A stretch of 62,723 nucleotides of DNA, filler included, from Polymyxa betae A26-41 (taxonomy: Eukaryota > Protista > Endomyxa: Phytomyxea), in NCBI GenBank assembly GCA_003693705.1. It is 6 parts of 6 records of this genome, joined end to end, with 100 filler letters (N's around TTAATTAATTAA, not from the genome) between each part and the next. Parts side by side here need not be neighbours in the genome. Positions count along the whole stretch, not along the records: positions 15,767 to 34,627 come from RBZT01000833.1; positions 34,728 to 47,889 come from RBZT01000994.1; 4 more parts are not named here. One strand, written 5' to 3'. Within the stretch, counting starts at the first letter, position 1. Each line of letters starts with the position of its first letter. A model generated the notes under the pieces. The model saw only the letters and a program-made list of their open reading frames with translations, made no database searches and was not told the DNA's origin. The position numbers were made by a program, and so were the translations under genes. Of the stretch, positions 28,238 through 41,976 are shown one piece after another.

Positions 28238-29787
28238 AACATCCCAGCGATCACCGATCAGCGAATCGCCAATACAGAATCTCGCCGTCACGCTCTGTCT
28301 GTATTGGGAACGACTCTCAAAATTGTCTTAATCGCTCTATTCCGGTACTCTATCGTTTTATAATAATTTTTTTCCCTGAAGTTTCAAAATATCAGCAGCC
28401 GGCCGGTTCATTCTGATATTCCGTTCGAAATGGTTCTGAATGATGGCGATTACATGCCCAATCCGGTTGACGATCAGTATATCTTCAACATATCAATCTA
28501 TGATTATGCCTCACCCAAGTGAAGTAGCTGTACGAGTGCCTATTTTCTACCGAAGAATCATTCTCTGCACAACTGGCGCCGCCACAGCACCAAGAACTCG
28601 TGAACAAGTTCCCCTAAGACCAGGCAACTCTTATTGAATATATTGGCCAATATGATTGGACATCCCAATCCGGAAGCAGGTGATCGGAAACGAATCTCGC
28701 CAAAGCTGAATGGCATCATGCGATATTGTATCTTTTCCTTTGCTCCAAATCCGCTCTTGTATGATGGTCAGCATTTTCGAGAATCTGGCTCCCAAATCAA
28801 GAATACATTGTTCCCAGATGCATCTCTCAGCGTTTTATCTCAAGGTCTTTTAAACAAACCCAATGACAGTCCAGAAGGTTCTGATAGATTAAAAGGATTG
28901 ATTCTGCCGAGTACATTTGAGAAATTGCATCAGATTGGGAGGGGGTTGGATAGTTCGTAAATCGTGGATGAAATCTTTCTGATTTCAGACTCCCAATTCG
29001 CCGATAAAATCAATAGAACAAGTACCAAACCTTGAAGCGAAGCACAAATGGCAGAAAAAATCGTTGATGACCCCCAGGATGCCAATTGAAAGACGAATGG
29101 AACGACGAGATGCGATTTCGGTTGAAAAGAAAAGTATGAAAGGATAATAAAAAAAGGTTATGCTCAAAAGGAATGGAAAGATTCCATTGGATGGAGAAGT
29201 TTGGAGTGATAATGATGAGATACTCTTGCAGCAGAACGTTAATAGTGCTGGATGGAGAAATATACGAAAAAAAATTCAGGATGTGTTCATCAGCTGTTTG
29301 CACGCCTTTAAAAAAACCCAAGTCCAACAAAGATATTCATTCGTAAATCTCCGATTCAGAATAGAGGATGCACCTTGACATCGGTGAGGAAGAGATCATA
29401 CTCGATGTAGAGTACATGTTAAAAATATTGGCATGAAGAACATGATACTTTGCAGATATCACACTGATTTTGTATGGGTTCAGCGGTCCTGTTATTTGTA
29501 GATGTTGCAATCGCGAAACGATTAAACAGCAACTGATAAAAGTGCGCCAGTTCTAAACACAATTGAAGAAAAATTGACGCAAATACAAACGCGAAAAATC
29601 ACAGATTTCAACGAAGCACTTAGGTAACCTACAGTACAGTAAACGAAATTTTTTACGACAAAGTTCCGATAAGGAGGGAGCGCTGGGTAACCAGGAGGGA
29701 TAGTACGGTACATGGGCTCATGAGGCCATGTTGGATTAGGATTCTACACAAAACGGGTGAAAAATTGTCCGATCAAGTACTGAATAG

Positions 29788-30878
29788 TAAAAAGGATGGT
29801 CACGCAGCGCGTTCTGCATCCGCGCCAAACACGTAACGTAATCGCTTTGGGCAACGCCCTGATACGTTACGACGGTTACGGAGATCCGGATGATTATTTC
29901 CAGCAGTTGTTCGTCAAGATCGCTGATGCCGGATTCGCCGATGTTGGGAACGAGATCACGCTTGTTTTGGCAAGAAAATATTCGGCTGCAATTATTCCGG
30001 CCGTCCGGGTGCCGCCTTCGGAACAGCCAGATTTCGATGATGAGGTCGCGATGTCCCGATCGGCCACAGTGCCCTTCAGGCCGCCGCCAAAGCGACGTCG
30101 ACTGAACGCATCGTTCGACGTCGACGAACGCAAGGGTCTGAACAAGATCATGTAAATAATTTCGTCTACAGGAAGATTTATGACAGAAAAGCTATGAAGG
30201 AGCTGATTGCATCCCAACTGGCCGCCAATGATCCACGCTATCAGCAAAAGCAGAAGAAAAACGAATTGGTGCTTTGATTGCCTGTTTAATTGAATCGTAC
30301 TGGCGCAATTGGATTGCCGATATTGGTGATACTCGTAGTATCAGGATTCCTAATAATGTCAGGAGAATGATTATGACTGTTACAAGTACTTGCGAAAAGA
30401 TTGAGATGATTCTCAAAGTGTACAAGATCTGTAAGACGTGTGATTCATCATGGTATCATACCAGCACTTCGCCTCTACCAGTCTACCCTATCGTAAAAAA
30501 TATAATACAGAGTTCTATTCCCCTCTCTCGTGTACGTTGTCTTCGTAGATTAGTACCTTAGGTGCATTACATACCAGCACTTCGCAGTGCTTGGTAAACC
30601 AGTTATGAAACTGTTTCCAGCATCACTGCGGCGCGGCAATAACGAGTTTATGCGTCGACGGGGAGAAACATTCGGCATTCGAGTTTTGGCCGGGAGAAAT
30701 GCCCAGGAAAAGGCGGTGACAAAAAGGTTTGTGGTCTCACTGAATAAACCTTCTTATCAATACATTAATTGTCTTTCACTCCTTTATAAAATTATGCAAA
30801 CTTTCGATAGAAATCAGCTTTGGAATGAATGGTCTGCAGGGTACGCAAAATTCAGCCCATTTGTCATCTCAACTACTA
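29788..30878 (+). mobile_element. Truncated 3' part of the Crypton-like tyrosine-recombinase element (paralogue of 48000-48790), with two internal insertions
   Basis: MVTQRVLHPRQTRNVIALGNALIRY..RPPPKRRRLNASFDV nearly identical to the 48155-48790 translation; 3' non-coding end also aligns. Confidence 0.85.
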
Positions 30879-30887
30879 TAAGAAACT

Positions 30888-30960
30888 TCCGGAATAGTAT
30901 AGTGGTTTAGTATTCGCCCCTGTCACGGGTGGGACCGGGGTTCAATTCCCCGTTCCGGAG
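30888..30960 (+). tRNA. tRNA-Asp(GTC)
   Basis: Acceptor stem tccggaa/ttccgga, anticodon arm cgccc-ctGTCac-gggtg, T arm cgggg-ttcaatt-ccccg, discriminator G, T6 terminator. Confidence 0.96.
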
Positions 30961-31320
30961 CTGTTTTTTGCCAAATTCCATTTGATTACGAGAGCACTCC
31001 CTGCATAGAAAGTAAATAAGCCTTAAAAAATCCTCAAGGTATCCTCTTGCTTTCTCTAATGATCATTAGAGCATCTCCAGCGCGGAGCTAAACTGCGAGC
31101 TAACGCTAATTTTGGCTCAGAATTTTGCCCCACCGCAGAGCTAAGAGCTATCTAAAATTAAAATTGCGGGGGTGCGCGAGCTATCCCAGCTGAAATAGCT
31201 CCCGAATCTAACTGCAGATCTAGCTGCATTTCTTTCTATTTTTTGAGAAAATCTCCAATAAAATCTGCGAAACCGACCGCGCTTTGATTTGAAAAACTAG
31301 AGGGATACCGATACGTAACC

Positions 31321-32147
31321 ATGGGGAAGGGAAAGGCTTGGACGTCGGAGGAAGACATGTTCCTCACCAGATCCATAGTTTCCGTCAGCCACGATCCACT
31401 GACAGGAGCCGATCAAAAGGCGAAGCATTACTGGGAAGTTTTTGATCAGTTTAAAAAGTTTGCCAGCGAAACCGGAAGAACTGCTTGCGCTTTAATGAAT
31501 CGTTGGAAAAAGGATCTGCAGCCGTCCTCAATGCCTTCTGCGGCCATTACAACACCGCCAAAGCGACACAAGAGTCAGGAAAAGAAGAAGATTATATTCT
31601 CAAAGCAATGGCGCTTCATGAAGCTGCAGAAAAGACGAAATTTCAATTTCGTATTATTTGGGAATACTTGAGGGTTAGCGTACCAAAATTTGAAGATACG
31701 ATAGTCTGCACAGGAACTCCCTCTTAAGCGTCACCGTCCTGACGATCCAACGCCCGATATACAGGAACTAATCGAGCGTGAAGAGAAAGAAAATTCTTCC
31801 GCTTCGGCTGTACAGCGGCCAATAGGAACAAAAAAGGCCAAAATGCCGCTATCGCTGACGAATCCAAAAATCATTTGCGACTAGCCATGAAAGACGCGGC
31901 GTTGAAGAGAAATACATTGCTCGAGGAGCAAAACGAGCTCAATAAGAAACTGCTTGAGCTTCAGGCTGAAAAAAATACTATCGAACTTTTCAAGGCACGA
32001 AACGATGCTTTGTCCAATAACTATTTCAATCTTCGGCGACGAATCGAAATGGAAAAGCAAATTCAAAAGGCGAAGGCAGAGGGGTTGCTGCCTGCTGACT
32101 ATCAGTTTGAATATGATGTCAGTCAGTCTAATCTGTCGTCTGACTAA
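31321..32147 (+). pseudogene. Harbinger accessory ORF, Myb/SANT-like plus NAM-associated-type region, frameshifted
   Basis: AWTSEED..L..S.DPLTGADQK...YW..L.NRW; RPIGTKKAK; YFNLRR. Confidence 0.85.
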
Positions 32148-32209
32148 CCACAATACTGTTTAGTTAGGTTGGATCCAATACAACATGTTTCGCACGAGCT
32201 GCTGTTCTA

Positions 32210-33574
32210 CTACTGATGCGCCGCCTTTGTATTCCACAAATGGCTGATCAGGTCAGCCTGTAACTGATAATGTTTTTGGATGTCACGAACACTCTCCATT
32301 CGCTTTACTATCATAGCTATTGATTTGTCGGGCAGACTATCGTGGCCGGTGTGCGAAATATCGATTTTCAGATCCAGCATCTGTGCCCTGCGCCGTCGGC
32401 GGCCAGCGAGTCGTGAAGCACTGGTATTAGAAAGGTATGGGCTTATGAGGAAATCCAGATTTGCCAATAGATTCCAATCATTGCGTTCGTCTTCCACCAC
32501 CATATTATGCAATATAATACAGGTCGTCATGATATTGCTCAACCTGTCTTTACTCTAACATCGACCGGGATTTTTTACAATAGCGAATCGCTGTTGAAGA
32601 ACCCCAAATGCTCGTTCAATATCTTTCCGACATGCCTCCTGCATTGTCGAAAAGAACTGACGAGCACTGCCCTGCGGATCAGGAATACTTTTGACGAAAA
32701 CGGGCCAATTTGGATAGATGCCGTCAGCAAGCCAATAAGGAAGATTGTAGACCGAGCCGTTAATTTCGAACTCGGCATTGTGTGCAGTTCCATCCAACAG
32801 AGCATGCAGCAATGGAGACCGCTGCAGAACATTGATGTCGTTCAATGATCCTGGCATACCGAAAAAGGCATGTCAAAACCAAAGGTCATAGGACACAGCG
32901 GCCTCGAGAACAATGCAAGTTCCTTTGATGCCTCGGTATGATCCTTGCCAAGCTCTCGGGCAGTTCTTCCATTTCCAATTATAGCAGTCGATCGATCCAA
33001 CCATTCCTGGAAATCCCCGCTTAGCGTTTCCCAGCATTATTCTTTGGAGGTCTTCGACAGCTGGAGAACGAAGGTACTCGTCGCCGAATTTTCCAATAAT
33101 TGCTTTACAGAACCGGTCAAGGCATTCGCTAGCTGTAGATTCCCCGATTCTGACATATTCATCAACAGCGTCGTAGGAGCATCCATACGCCAGAATTCGT
33201 ATCGCTGCTACAGCTTTTTGTAATGTTGACAGTCCAGGTTCCCCAAGAGCGTTCTTCTTTTCTTGAAAGTAATCATCGTACTCTCGTATTCCAGCCGTTA
33301 TTCGCAGAAACAATGCTCGACGCATTCGAAAACGACGACGAAAGAGTCTTGCACCATAAATAGGTCGTTCAGCAAAGTAATCCATATAAATACGCCGATG
33401 ACCCTCAGCGAAACCACGGTCGTTATTGGGAGCTCGTCCAATAACAGATCCGCCGAAATTAGGCTCCTCTTCGCTGTCGCTAGATTCTAGATCAGCGAGA
33501 AGGAATTCCTCTATATCATCGTCCATCACAGCCTGCTGACGGGCGCGGAACATTACGTCTTCAATGAACGTCAT
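32210..33574 (-). pseudogene. PIF/Harbinger transposase (Plant_tran type), disrupted
   Basis: FRRRFRMRR, GFPGMVGSIDC, GSLNDINVL, YWLADGIYP, RKDIERAFGVLQ, CIILHNMVVEDE. Confidence 0.93.
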
Positions 33575-34185
33575 GATTTATTATAGAAATTGTATAGATG
33601 CAGTGCAGCAGCGAAGCTGATGTACATAGATAGCTTTTTCAACGCGGGAATAGCTCAGAGCTAAAATTCTCCGCCGCGCAAAAATCCGCATTAATAGCTT
33701 TAGCTTTAGCTCCCAGCGGTGGAGTTGCTCTTAGGGGGTATCAAAGTTGGCTTCTCGCAAAAAAATTAAAGCGCTTTTATTTTTTTCTAAAGCACCTGCC
33801 AAGGTGCTTTAAAAATCTGCTTTAATGGCTTGCTTTAATTTGCAGTTATCACCCCCTCGTTACTATGGGTCCCGGACCGAGGTCCCACGCTGTTTTTGGA
33901 CCAGGCTCCAATAACTACTTCCAAAAAAAAGTGCGCGCAACGGCACAAGGTGCTTTTTCGACTCGTGATACTGGAACTGGGAGCAATCGGTTTCGGTATT
34001 GAAGCCTCAATATTAAAGCCTCCATACAAGTCGTGGGATAGATGCGACTCCCAGATTGCTAACTTCCATAGTACTGTATTGTTTGCAAACGGTTCCTCAA
34101 ACGGTTCCTGAACGTCCTAATGAATTGCATTTTCGCACTATCTATATTTCGATAATAAGCATAAGCTGGGTCAACATTTATTAAG

Positions 34186-34626
34186 CTAGATGTTTTTGGA
34201 GAGCCAATCAAGAGACCTCTGTTTTATGATACGCTCCTGCTCCAGACAAGTTGCAGCGATTATGCAATTCTCGCAGGTGTCGCCACCATCCATTTCTCGC
34301 GCTCTGCGAACTATTTCGTCGATTATGCGTTTCCTCCGATTGAAGAATCGCCTCTCGTTGCGATTGCACCACTTCGATCCCCATCTTTGCTCCAAATCGC
34401 GAATTGCTGGTTGACCGGCGAGTCCGGAACTCCACTCTCTCCATAAATCAGTTACTGACTTAATGCCTCTGCTCATTTTGTAAGCGAAACCTGGGCAAGC
34501 CACTGCATCGCTCGAATGGCAGGCTATTGCTTTGTCGGAATGTTCACGATCATGCTCATTGGCGTTGCCATTACTGGCCTCCATGTTTTGACTTGCGTTC
34601 AAGTTGGCGTTAATATAAACCGGCAT
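34186..34626 (-). CDS. GCR1_C domain protein C-terminus (CryptonF/S-type element end or Gcr1-like factor), truncated by contig end
   Basis: YKMSRGIKSVTDLWREW..GLAGQPAIRDLEQRWGSKW...FFNRRKRIIDEI. Confidence 0.85.
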   Translation of the reverse strand: MPVYINANLNASQNMEASNGNANEHDREHSDKAIACHSSDAVACPGFAYKMSRGIKSVTDLWREWSSGLAGQPAIRDLEQRWGSKWCNRNERRFFNRRKRIIDEIVRRAREMDGGDTCENCIIAATCLEQERIIKQRSLDWLSKNI

Positions 34627-34627
34627 C

Positions 34628-34727
34628 NNNNNNNNNNNNNNNNNNNNNNNNNNNNNNNNNNNNNNNNNNNNTTAATTAATTAANNNNNNNNNNNNNNNNN
34701 NNNNNNNNNNNNNNNNNNNNNNNNNNN
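34628..34727. other. Artificial contig spacer
   Basis: N44-TTAATTAATTAA-N44. Confidence 0.98.
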
Positions 34728-34730
34728 CTA

Positions 34731-35255
34731 ATGATACAGAGCTGCTGCTAATATGTCCAGAGCCAGTTCATGAAAAGCATGCTTACAACAAGCAGATCGG
34801 AGCTGCAAATGATCAAGAAATATTGGTAACATTACGCAGGACAATTACTACCAGAGTCTATGTTGGATATTGCTCTATGTAATTGACCACATCATTAGGT
34901 CATATCATAACACTTATTTGCTCTATATAGATCCTGTATATATCAAGATAATGATGCTATTCAGTGGACCTCATCAGTGAGTTATTTACTACATGTAATA
35001 CCATATGAATATGCCCAGTAAATATCTGTAAGGGTATGTTGATATCATTACTAATATGAGATAATAGAGCCATCACAAATGTTCCAAAAACCACTCTAAT
35101 TCCCCATATATCTCTATCTGTTATCATGAACAATTATAATATTCCTGATACAGAGCTGCCACTTGGCTGTTTAGAGCCAATCCATGAAGAATTTACTTAC
35201 CATGAACAAACATTAATATCATATAGTCAAATGATATTGGTAACATTACCAAAGA
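34731..35255. repeat. Diverged direct repeat with ~415-bp spacing
   Basis: tgatacagagctgc...agagcca.t.catgaa...atattggtaacattac at ~34732 and ~35146. Confidence 0.65.
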
Positions 35256-36369
35256 CTATCAGATTTGATATCAATTGGAGAATACAATCTGTAAATACTT
35301 TCATCTGTTGTTTAATGCACCATTTGCTTATTATTTATAGATTAAAGATATGTGCAACTTTCTCAAGCAAACAAGGTCAAATCTTGAGATTTTTTGAAAT
35401 TTTCTGTCGCATTTCTACTCACAAAAGTCAAATAATTTCACACAATTTCTACTTTCTAATTACTGCTCGTATGTGCAGTCTGATATGATATCAACAGGTG
35501 TCCTACAAGAATTATCATTCGAATTCGAAGACTCAGAAAATCAGCAGCTCTTTCGGTATCAAATTGTTATGATCACGATACCAAATCACTTGGCTGATCA
35601 CAAACAGCAAACGATCCAGGAGAGAAGTCAATAAATCACTGATTCTGTACATCTGGCAAGGAAGCAGTATTTGTGACAATTTCGTAGTTACAAGTTGCTG
35701 TCTAATAGGTACATGTTAATATCAGCTAATGATGGAAAATATCTCGCATCAGAGACGGAGATAAAGCCCAGATTTTGCATAACAGCAATGAAGCGCAAAC
35801 AATCATTTTGAGCTTATTTATCATACGATGTGTATTGTAAAGCTCAAGTGAGTAATCAGCAGCAGATGGGTCATCACATTGCCGCTGCTCCCTTCCAGTT
35901 CCAGATGACATTGCCTTCTACTCTTCTTATGATGCAGTTCATGTCACAACAAATGTACAGCTCCCAATGTTCATCTATTATCCGTTATACAATGTCTCAT
36001 TGTTTATGTATGAAATGACTGTATAATAAGTTACCCAAGTTCATCATGGTACATTGTATCGGATATCATCAATATGAGATCCCAATAAGCTCAATAAATC
36101 AATACTTCGTAATATAATATATCTCAAACGAATCATAAATTCCAACCTCAAGATTATACTATGACTGCTATTGATAGCTCATAGCTCGCCTCTTAACTAA
36201 TATATCAGATTTATATCACAGTCTTATATTGACACATCACAGCCAACGTTTTGGTCATGGCAAAAAGCTCTGATGCTCTATCACTCTCTGATAAATGGAC
36301 GTTGCCGCTTGTGACAGGGACGTCTACAAGTCCAATCCACCAGATTGAGTCGATTTTCCAGTTAATGCT

Positions 36370-37260
36370 CGTAATCCCGTTTTCACCGATTGTTAAACAA
36401 TTCCACCGGACACGAAAGGTGGTTTTCATGCCGCAAGGTACATAGAATGTGACGGCATACAATTCCATGGCATATCACCTTGCTGCAGATGCAAGCAATA
36501 CTAAGAACATCGTCGTCGAGCCTGACAATACGAATGATTTGCGGATGGTCTTTATGGCTGACCTCAAAAGCATTGATAACTCGATTCTTCGAATAAAGAT
36601 TTAAGACAGAGATAGAGTGGTTTGTCCCAGTTACAGCCGCTTCACATACGAAGTCCGAACTTTGGCTGCTTCTTGAACCAGGGGGCCGTCAACATCGGTG
36701 TTCAGTTTGATCTGAGCTGTAGCGTGAAGCTGTTTAGTAGCGACTGACTGCTCGACTCTATCAAATCCGTCGAGGGAGGAATTCGACATCAACGACGCCT
36801 TAATCTGATTATTGACGCTTTCTTGGCGCTGTGTTGACGAGAGCCAGCGACAAAATTCGACTGAGTAAACGCAAAAGCCCATTGCTTTTCTTTTGCTCGT
36901 AAATCTCGAGATATTCAGCATCCTCTGGATATGTGTCAGCCAAGCTGTCGAATTCACGTTTGTAGGTAACTTCATCCTCAATAGACCCAATTCTCCAGAT
37001 ATCGCCCAAGAAAGTCGTTGAATTTCGAGTGTACTGACTAAGAGAGAAAGCATAAATCGTGTATTCAACTGTCTCGATGGAACACAGGCGGATTTTATTG
37101 ACAGCAAAAGCAAGCAAGGAACCTTCCCCGGTCACATTAACTGAGCAAAGAGGCCGCTCCGTCGTTGAGACTGTAATTTTATAAGCTCATAACCCTAAAC
37201 AATAATTTCGATCCTGTTTCTTCCGCAGCGTTCGCATGTATGAACAGGATCACAGAGTCC
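36370..37260 (-). pseudogene. Decayed MULE/FAR1-like transposase with SWIM finger
   Basis: STQRQESVNNQIK, PLVQEAAKVRT, SWIM motif CICSKVICHGIVCRHIL. Confidence 0.8.
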
Positions 37261-39564
37261 AATACAATTTCTAATTCCATACAATCCGGCGAGCCTAGCA
37301 GAATTCCAACAAATCGAAGCTAAAGCCAAACTGCAGGTTATTGAACGACCGCAGAATTTCGTATTGGGGGCGTTCGTACGATTCGATCAAAGGGAAGTCT
37401 GTCTTGGAATGGCAATTCTGGAATCGGACCTGTAGCTCAGACCATTTGCTGTTGCAATGCCGCACATAAGACAGCTTCTCCCCAACCACAATCAGTTCAA
37501 TAATATCGCCCCATTCGATATGATTTGCCATATTGAATCCCATTCTAGAAATGGAATTTCAGCGGATAGAATATCTCAGTTAGAGACTTACTGGTGAAGT
37601 AGATTGGTAACACTGATGGCATGAAGCGATGTTGGCGATGAGAGGTTGAAATCATCAGCAGCCCACCGAGCGTTGAAATGGGAGATCTCATGCAGCATTC
37701 GAATCATCAACGGAAAAGGATGGATCAAAGTCGATCGGGCACTTTCAGCAAACACATTGTATGACGATACCTTGAGGTGAACTCCAAGCATAAAGTCCAA
37801 CAAATTCTAAATACACATACTGAATTAGGGGTTCAGGTCGTACTGCGAAAACAGAGTCGATTAATTCGGTTAGAGCAGGTTGATGCAGTAATTTGTAATG
37901 CTTGTTGATGAACCTGATGGGATGGTCGCTCTTCCACCGTCGCTAAACGAAACGAATTCGAAGCATTCACGATTTGAATAAATACAATTGCATAATAATG
38001 TGGCAGCTTTGATGCATGGATAAGCAGAGGTATGAGATTATCTCGCAGGATTGGCTGATGCTCAGCTATGAAGATCGAATCGATGCCGTTCTGCATGCGG
38101 GCGTCATTCGCGACGGCGGTCGCATGGTCGGAATCAGCGGCGGCTATCGTGATATTGGCCTGCAGTGTCGCTCTCATCATATGAAGAGAGAAGGCGTCCT
38201 CATTAGATATTGACAGACGCGGCCGCTCCATGATTACTGCACTTAATGACAGTCGCCGAATGAAGAAACTGCAATGTTCTACAACATATTCTATACAATT
38301 ATTATCTGGTTTTTATCACTCGTTCTTTTAGCTGTATGAATGACATTAACTGCCGATTCAGTTTTTCTTTTTCTCTATATTTTTTACCTTTGTTTTTTTC
38401 AATCTGATGTTGATCATATTCTTTTCTATGTTCCAAATGTTGTTCTCTATACCTTTAATGCTTTCTCTGATAACCTATAGTTATATTTGGAGCTTAAAAA
38501 GGCATCAAACTATTATAATTGTATTTTAAATTTCAATTTATCATACTTTGTGCCTTTTTTTGGAGTTTTTTATATGGAACCATAGTCATTTTCCATTTTT
38601 GAAAATCGCGGTCCAAACTCAGCGGGTCCCACTGCTGATAAAGTCTGACACGAGAAAGGACATTGGTGAAGATGTAAGCGAAGAGATCGTGGATCAAAAG
38701 TGTAGTTCATGATGGTAGAATTCAACCTGAGCTATGAGATGAAGGAGTTGTGAAGACGAAACGGAAGGAGGATGTGGAGAGACAATTAGTAATGAGGTCA
38801 AAGGAAAGGTAAAGTTGAGATTAGACCAGCGATGGAAGAGGCTATAAAGCATGAAATGCAGAAACATTGCAGGCAGATTTACAAGAGGGTTGGTGAAGTT
38901 GTGCTGCCAACATCGTCGAAACAATGTATTCATAGATTCCCGTGCAAATAATACAAATCGACCAAGGCAACATTGTTCAGGGAAGAACTATCTAAGAAGA
39001 AACAAGCAGAACAAACAGGCCATATTTACTTACCATTTCAGGCCTTCATTTACCATTTGTCATTGTACTGGTCATTCTCGGGAATGATTTTGACATCTAG
39101 CGCCATACAAATTTTGTGCAAACCTTTGCGATGTTTTTGTATTCTGTTTCAGCTGCGATTCCGAGAAATGAGTTCCAGGAGCTGAGCAGAATTATCTCAA
39201 AGACCATGATCATGATCTGAAATTTATATCGATTGACTATCATACACATTGACCCTGTCTATTAATTCAGAATCTCCAGAATTTCAGAAATCTTTTTCAA
39301 TGCAATCTTTACAAGTCCATATAATTTTAGTTCGAAAAACTCTATTAATAATACGAGTATGTAGTGTTTTAGCTTATGAAGGTGGAATCTCTTCATTTAT
39401 ATGATGGATCTTGCACCAGTAACTGCAATAACTCGATTAGTACAAAAGGCATAATTCCTGGGTTACATTCGATGGCTGTTCAGCTGTCTTCCTTCGCTGA
39501 GTCAATAATGTTTATGGATTGAAGAAATCACAAATTCCATGACAATATGTTATAACTGAGATTT

Positions 39565-41976
39565 TCACGAACTTAACGGATGTGATGTCTCATCCCATAA
39601 CGTATTCATTGCATCTGATTGACGTCGTTGTCCACGTCGTGGAATACAATCGAATACATTATCGAAACGCTGTCTCCAATTCACCTTGGTCGTATTCGTA
39701 TCCCTGGGACGTCCCATTAATCCACTCTCTTCATTCTGACGACGAGCTTCGGCATCTAAATGCTGCTGTATTTCCGCCTCCAAACAATTGACGCGTTTCG
39801 ACTGGGCTGGGGGGTCAGTACGGCTAACACAAAACCCTAAACCCTTACCATTGCGATTTTATCGGCTAATGCTTCTGCTAGTTGATTGGAGACATCTTTC
39901 TGACGACGTTGTTCTTCATGTAAGGATTTGATAACAGATTCAAGCTCCGATTGAGCTGATTTCAGCGACTTCTTCAGTTCATTCTGACGTTCAATTGATG
40001 AAGATTCCAGAACTGTCACTTCTTGTCGTGTTCTTTGTTCTACTTCATTCACACGTTCTTCTATTGATGTCTGTGATCTTGTAAGCGATTCCGTTAGATC
40101 TTGACATCGTTGCTCCATCTTCTGCATAGATTCCGCTTTAATCCGTTCTGCTTCTCGCAGCTGCTCTTGAACACCTTCATATCTCTCGTCCAATTGTCTG
40201 TATCGATCGTGTTGGTCTGAGGATCCCTTCATCAGCTTGTCATGTTCGCTTTCCAGCATTTGAACACGATTTTGAACCTTTCCCAGCTCCGCTGATCTTC
40301 TCTCTAATTCAGATAATGAACTTTGAAGTTGTTCCTGTAATTGTTGCCGTTGATGGTCGAATTGATCACGTAATAAAGCGATTGTTTGTGATTGTTCTTG
40401 AATCGAATTGATATTTTGTTGATTTGTCTCTGATACTGTCTCTAATGATGATCGGGTCTCAAGTAACATATCACATTCAGTATTAAGACGTTGTTGAAGG
40501 CGATCAATCAATGCAGACTGCTCGGATTTCGTGATCTCGGATCGTGCACGAACTTCTTCACATTCTGATAGTAGATTATTCATGATAATAGCATGACTCC
40601 GGGTCTGTTCCTGTTCATCAATTATCAATACAATCTGACCAGATACAAACAGAATCTGTAATTCTGTAATGTTACAGTGACTTACTTGAGAATCTTCCAC
40701 AGCACGTTTGAGACGGATTTGTAGCTGATGAAGATCACCTTCAGCATGGACTCTCTGTATCTGTTCTGATTGCAGCTGATTTCGATACTGTTGACAGTCT
40801 GACATTAACGTGGAAATATTCTGTTGATGTTCTTGACATAAATCACGAACTTGACCCAGCTCTGTTATTAATTCTGTAATACGTTGCTCAAATTCTTTCT
40901 GAGCTCGACCTGATATTTCCTGCGCTTGTTTTAACTGTTCAGCCGCCCGACGTTCAATGATATCTTTTTCTTGTTGAATTTCGTTAAGAACAGCAGCATC
41001 TGTATTTGCCTCAGATTCGGTCCTCATATGCTGGATCTGAGCTCTCAGCTCAGAGACCTTTGATTCAGCTTGTGTAAAATTCTGCTGCAACTCCATATTT
41101 TCCGCTTCGTATTTATCTGATAATTTCTTGCCTTTGTTAAGTGCTTCTTCTAATGTGACTTTCTCTGACTCTATTTCTTGGAGTTTTGTTGTAAGTTCAG
41201 ATTCAGTTTTGTGATATTGATCTTGAAGAGTATGACGTTCTTTCTGCCATTGTTCCTGTAGTATCTGTTCACGTTTCTCCATTTCTATTTCATGCTGAGA
41301 ACGTAGATCATCAATCTGTGATTGACGGATTTGTTCAGCGTCTATCTGTTTCATCTCAGATTGTTGTAATTCTTGTGCTAAATGTGCATTAGTTTCCAGT
41401 AATTTCTCAATTTGTCTTTGTAGCTGTGCCAATTCATCCTGACTAATACCAGACCTAGATTTATGTTCAGGTCCATCACCAGCTATTTTATCAACTGGCT
41501 GGTCGTACTGAATATCGTTCTATGACAAAACAGTATCAGATTAATGCATTAGACTGAATATATTATAACCTGATGTTGTCGCTTAAATAAAAAAACGGTC
41601 TAATTTCAAGATATTTTTCATAAAAAGCAACTACAAACTCGGCAAAAGATGATAAAGTCTTTGATACAGTGAAATTCAGGATAAAGTTAAAGAAAAGATG
41701 AATTGATATGAAGATGAAAAAGTGAGTAAATACCTGAGGTGTGATATCAGTTACAAAGTCCGGATATTTCGATTTGATGGAATTCAGAAGAATATTATGC
41801 TGATGTTCGCATTGTTTGATCTTATTACGGAATTCATGAAGTTTACTTTCAAACTGTAGAGCCTGAGATTCTAATGTCGCTGTTAAACTCTCACTTAGTT
41901 CAACCGCTGCTTTATGTTCCTCTTCCAACTTCTTGATCTGTTCACCAACCAGCATTAATAGAGGCTCCATAAACAC
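39565..41976 (-). CDS. Large coiled-coil protein, multi-exon (5' extent uncertain)
   Basis: 531-aa Q/E/L-rich heptad ORF 39837-41432 plus adjoining exons. Confidence 0.7.

Larger units (their letters stand above)
31069..33730. mobile_element. Full-length PIF/Harbinger transposon with decayed ORFs
   Basis: TIRs GAGCA(T/A)CTCCA.CGC..GGAGCTAAA; TTA TSD at 31066-68 and 33731-33; two convergent ORFs. Confidence 0.95.

Noticed and set aside
28440-29500. Possible gene next to the release factor
   Set aside because: Fragmented frames with many stops and no recognisable motif
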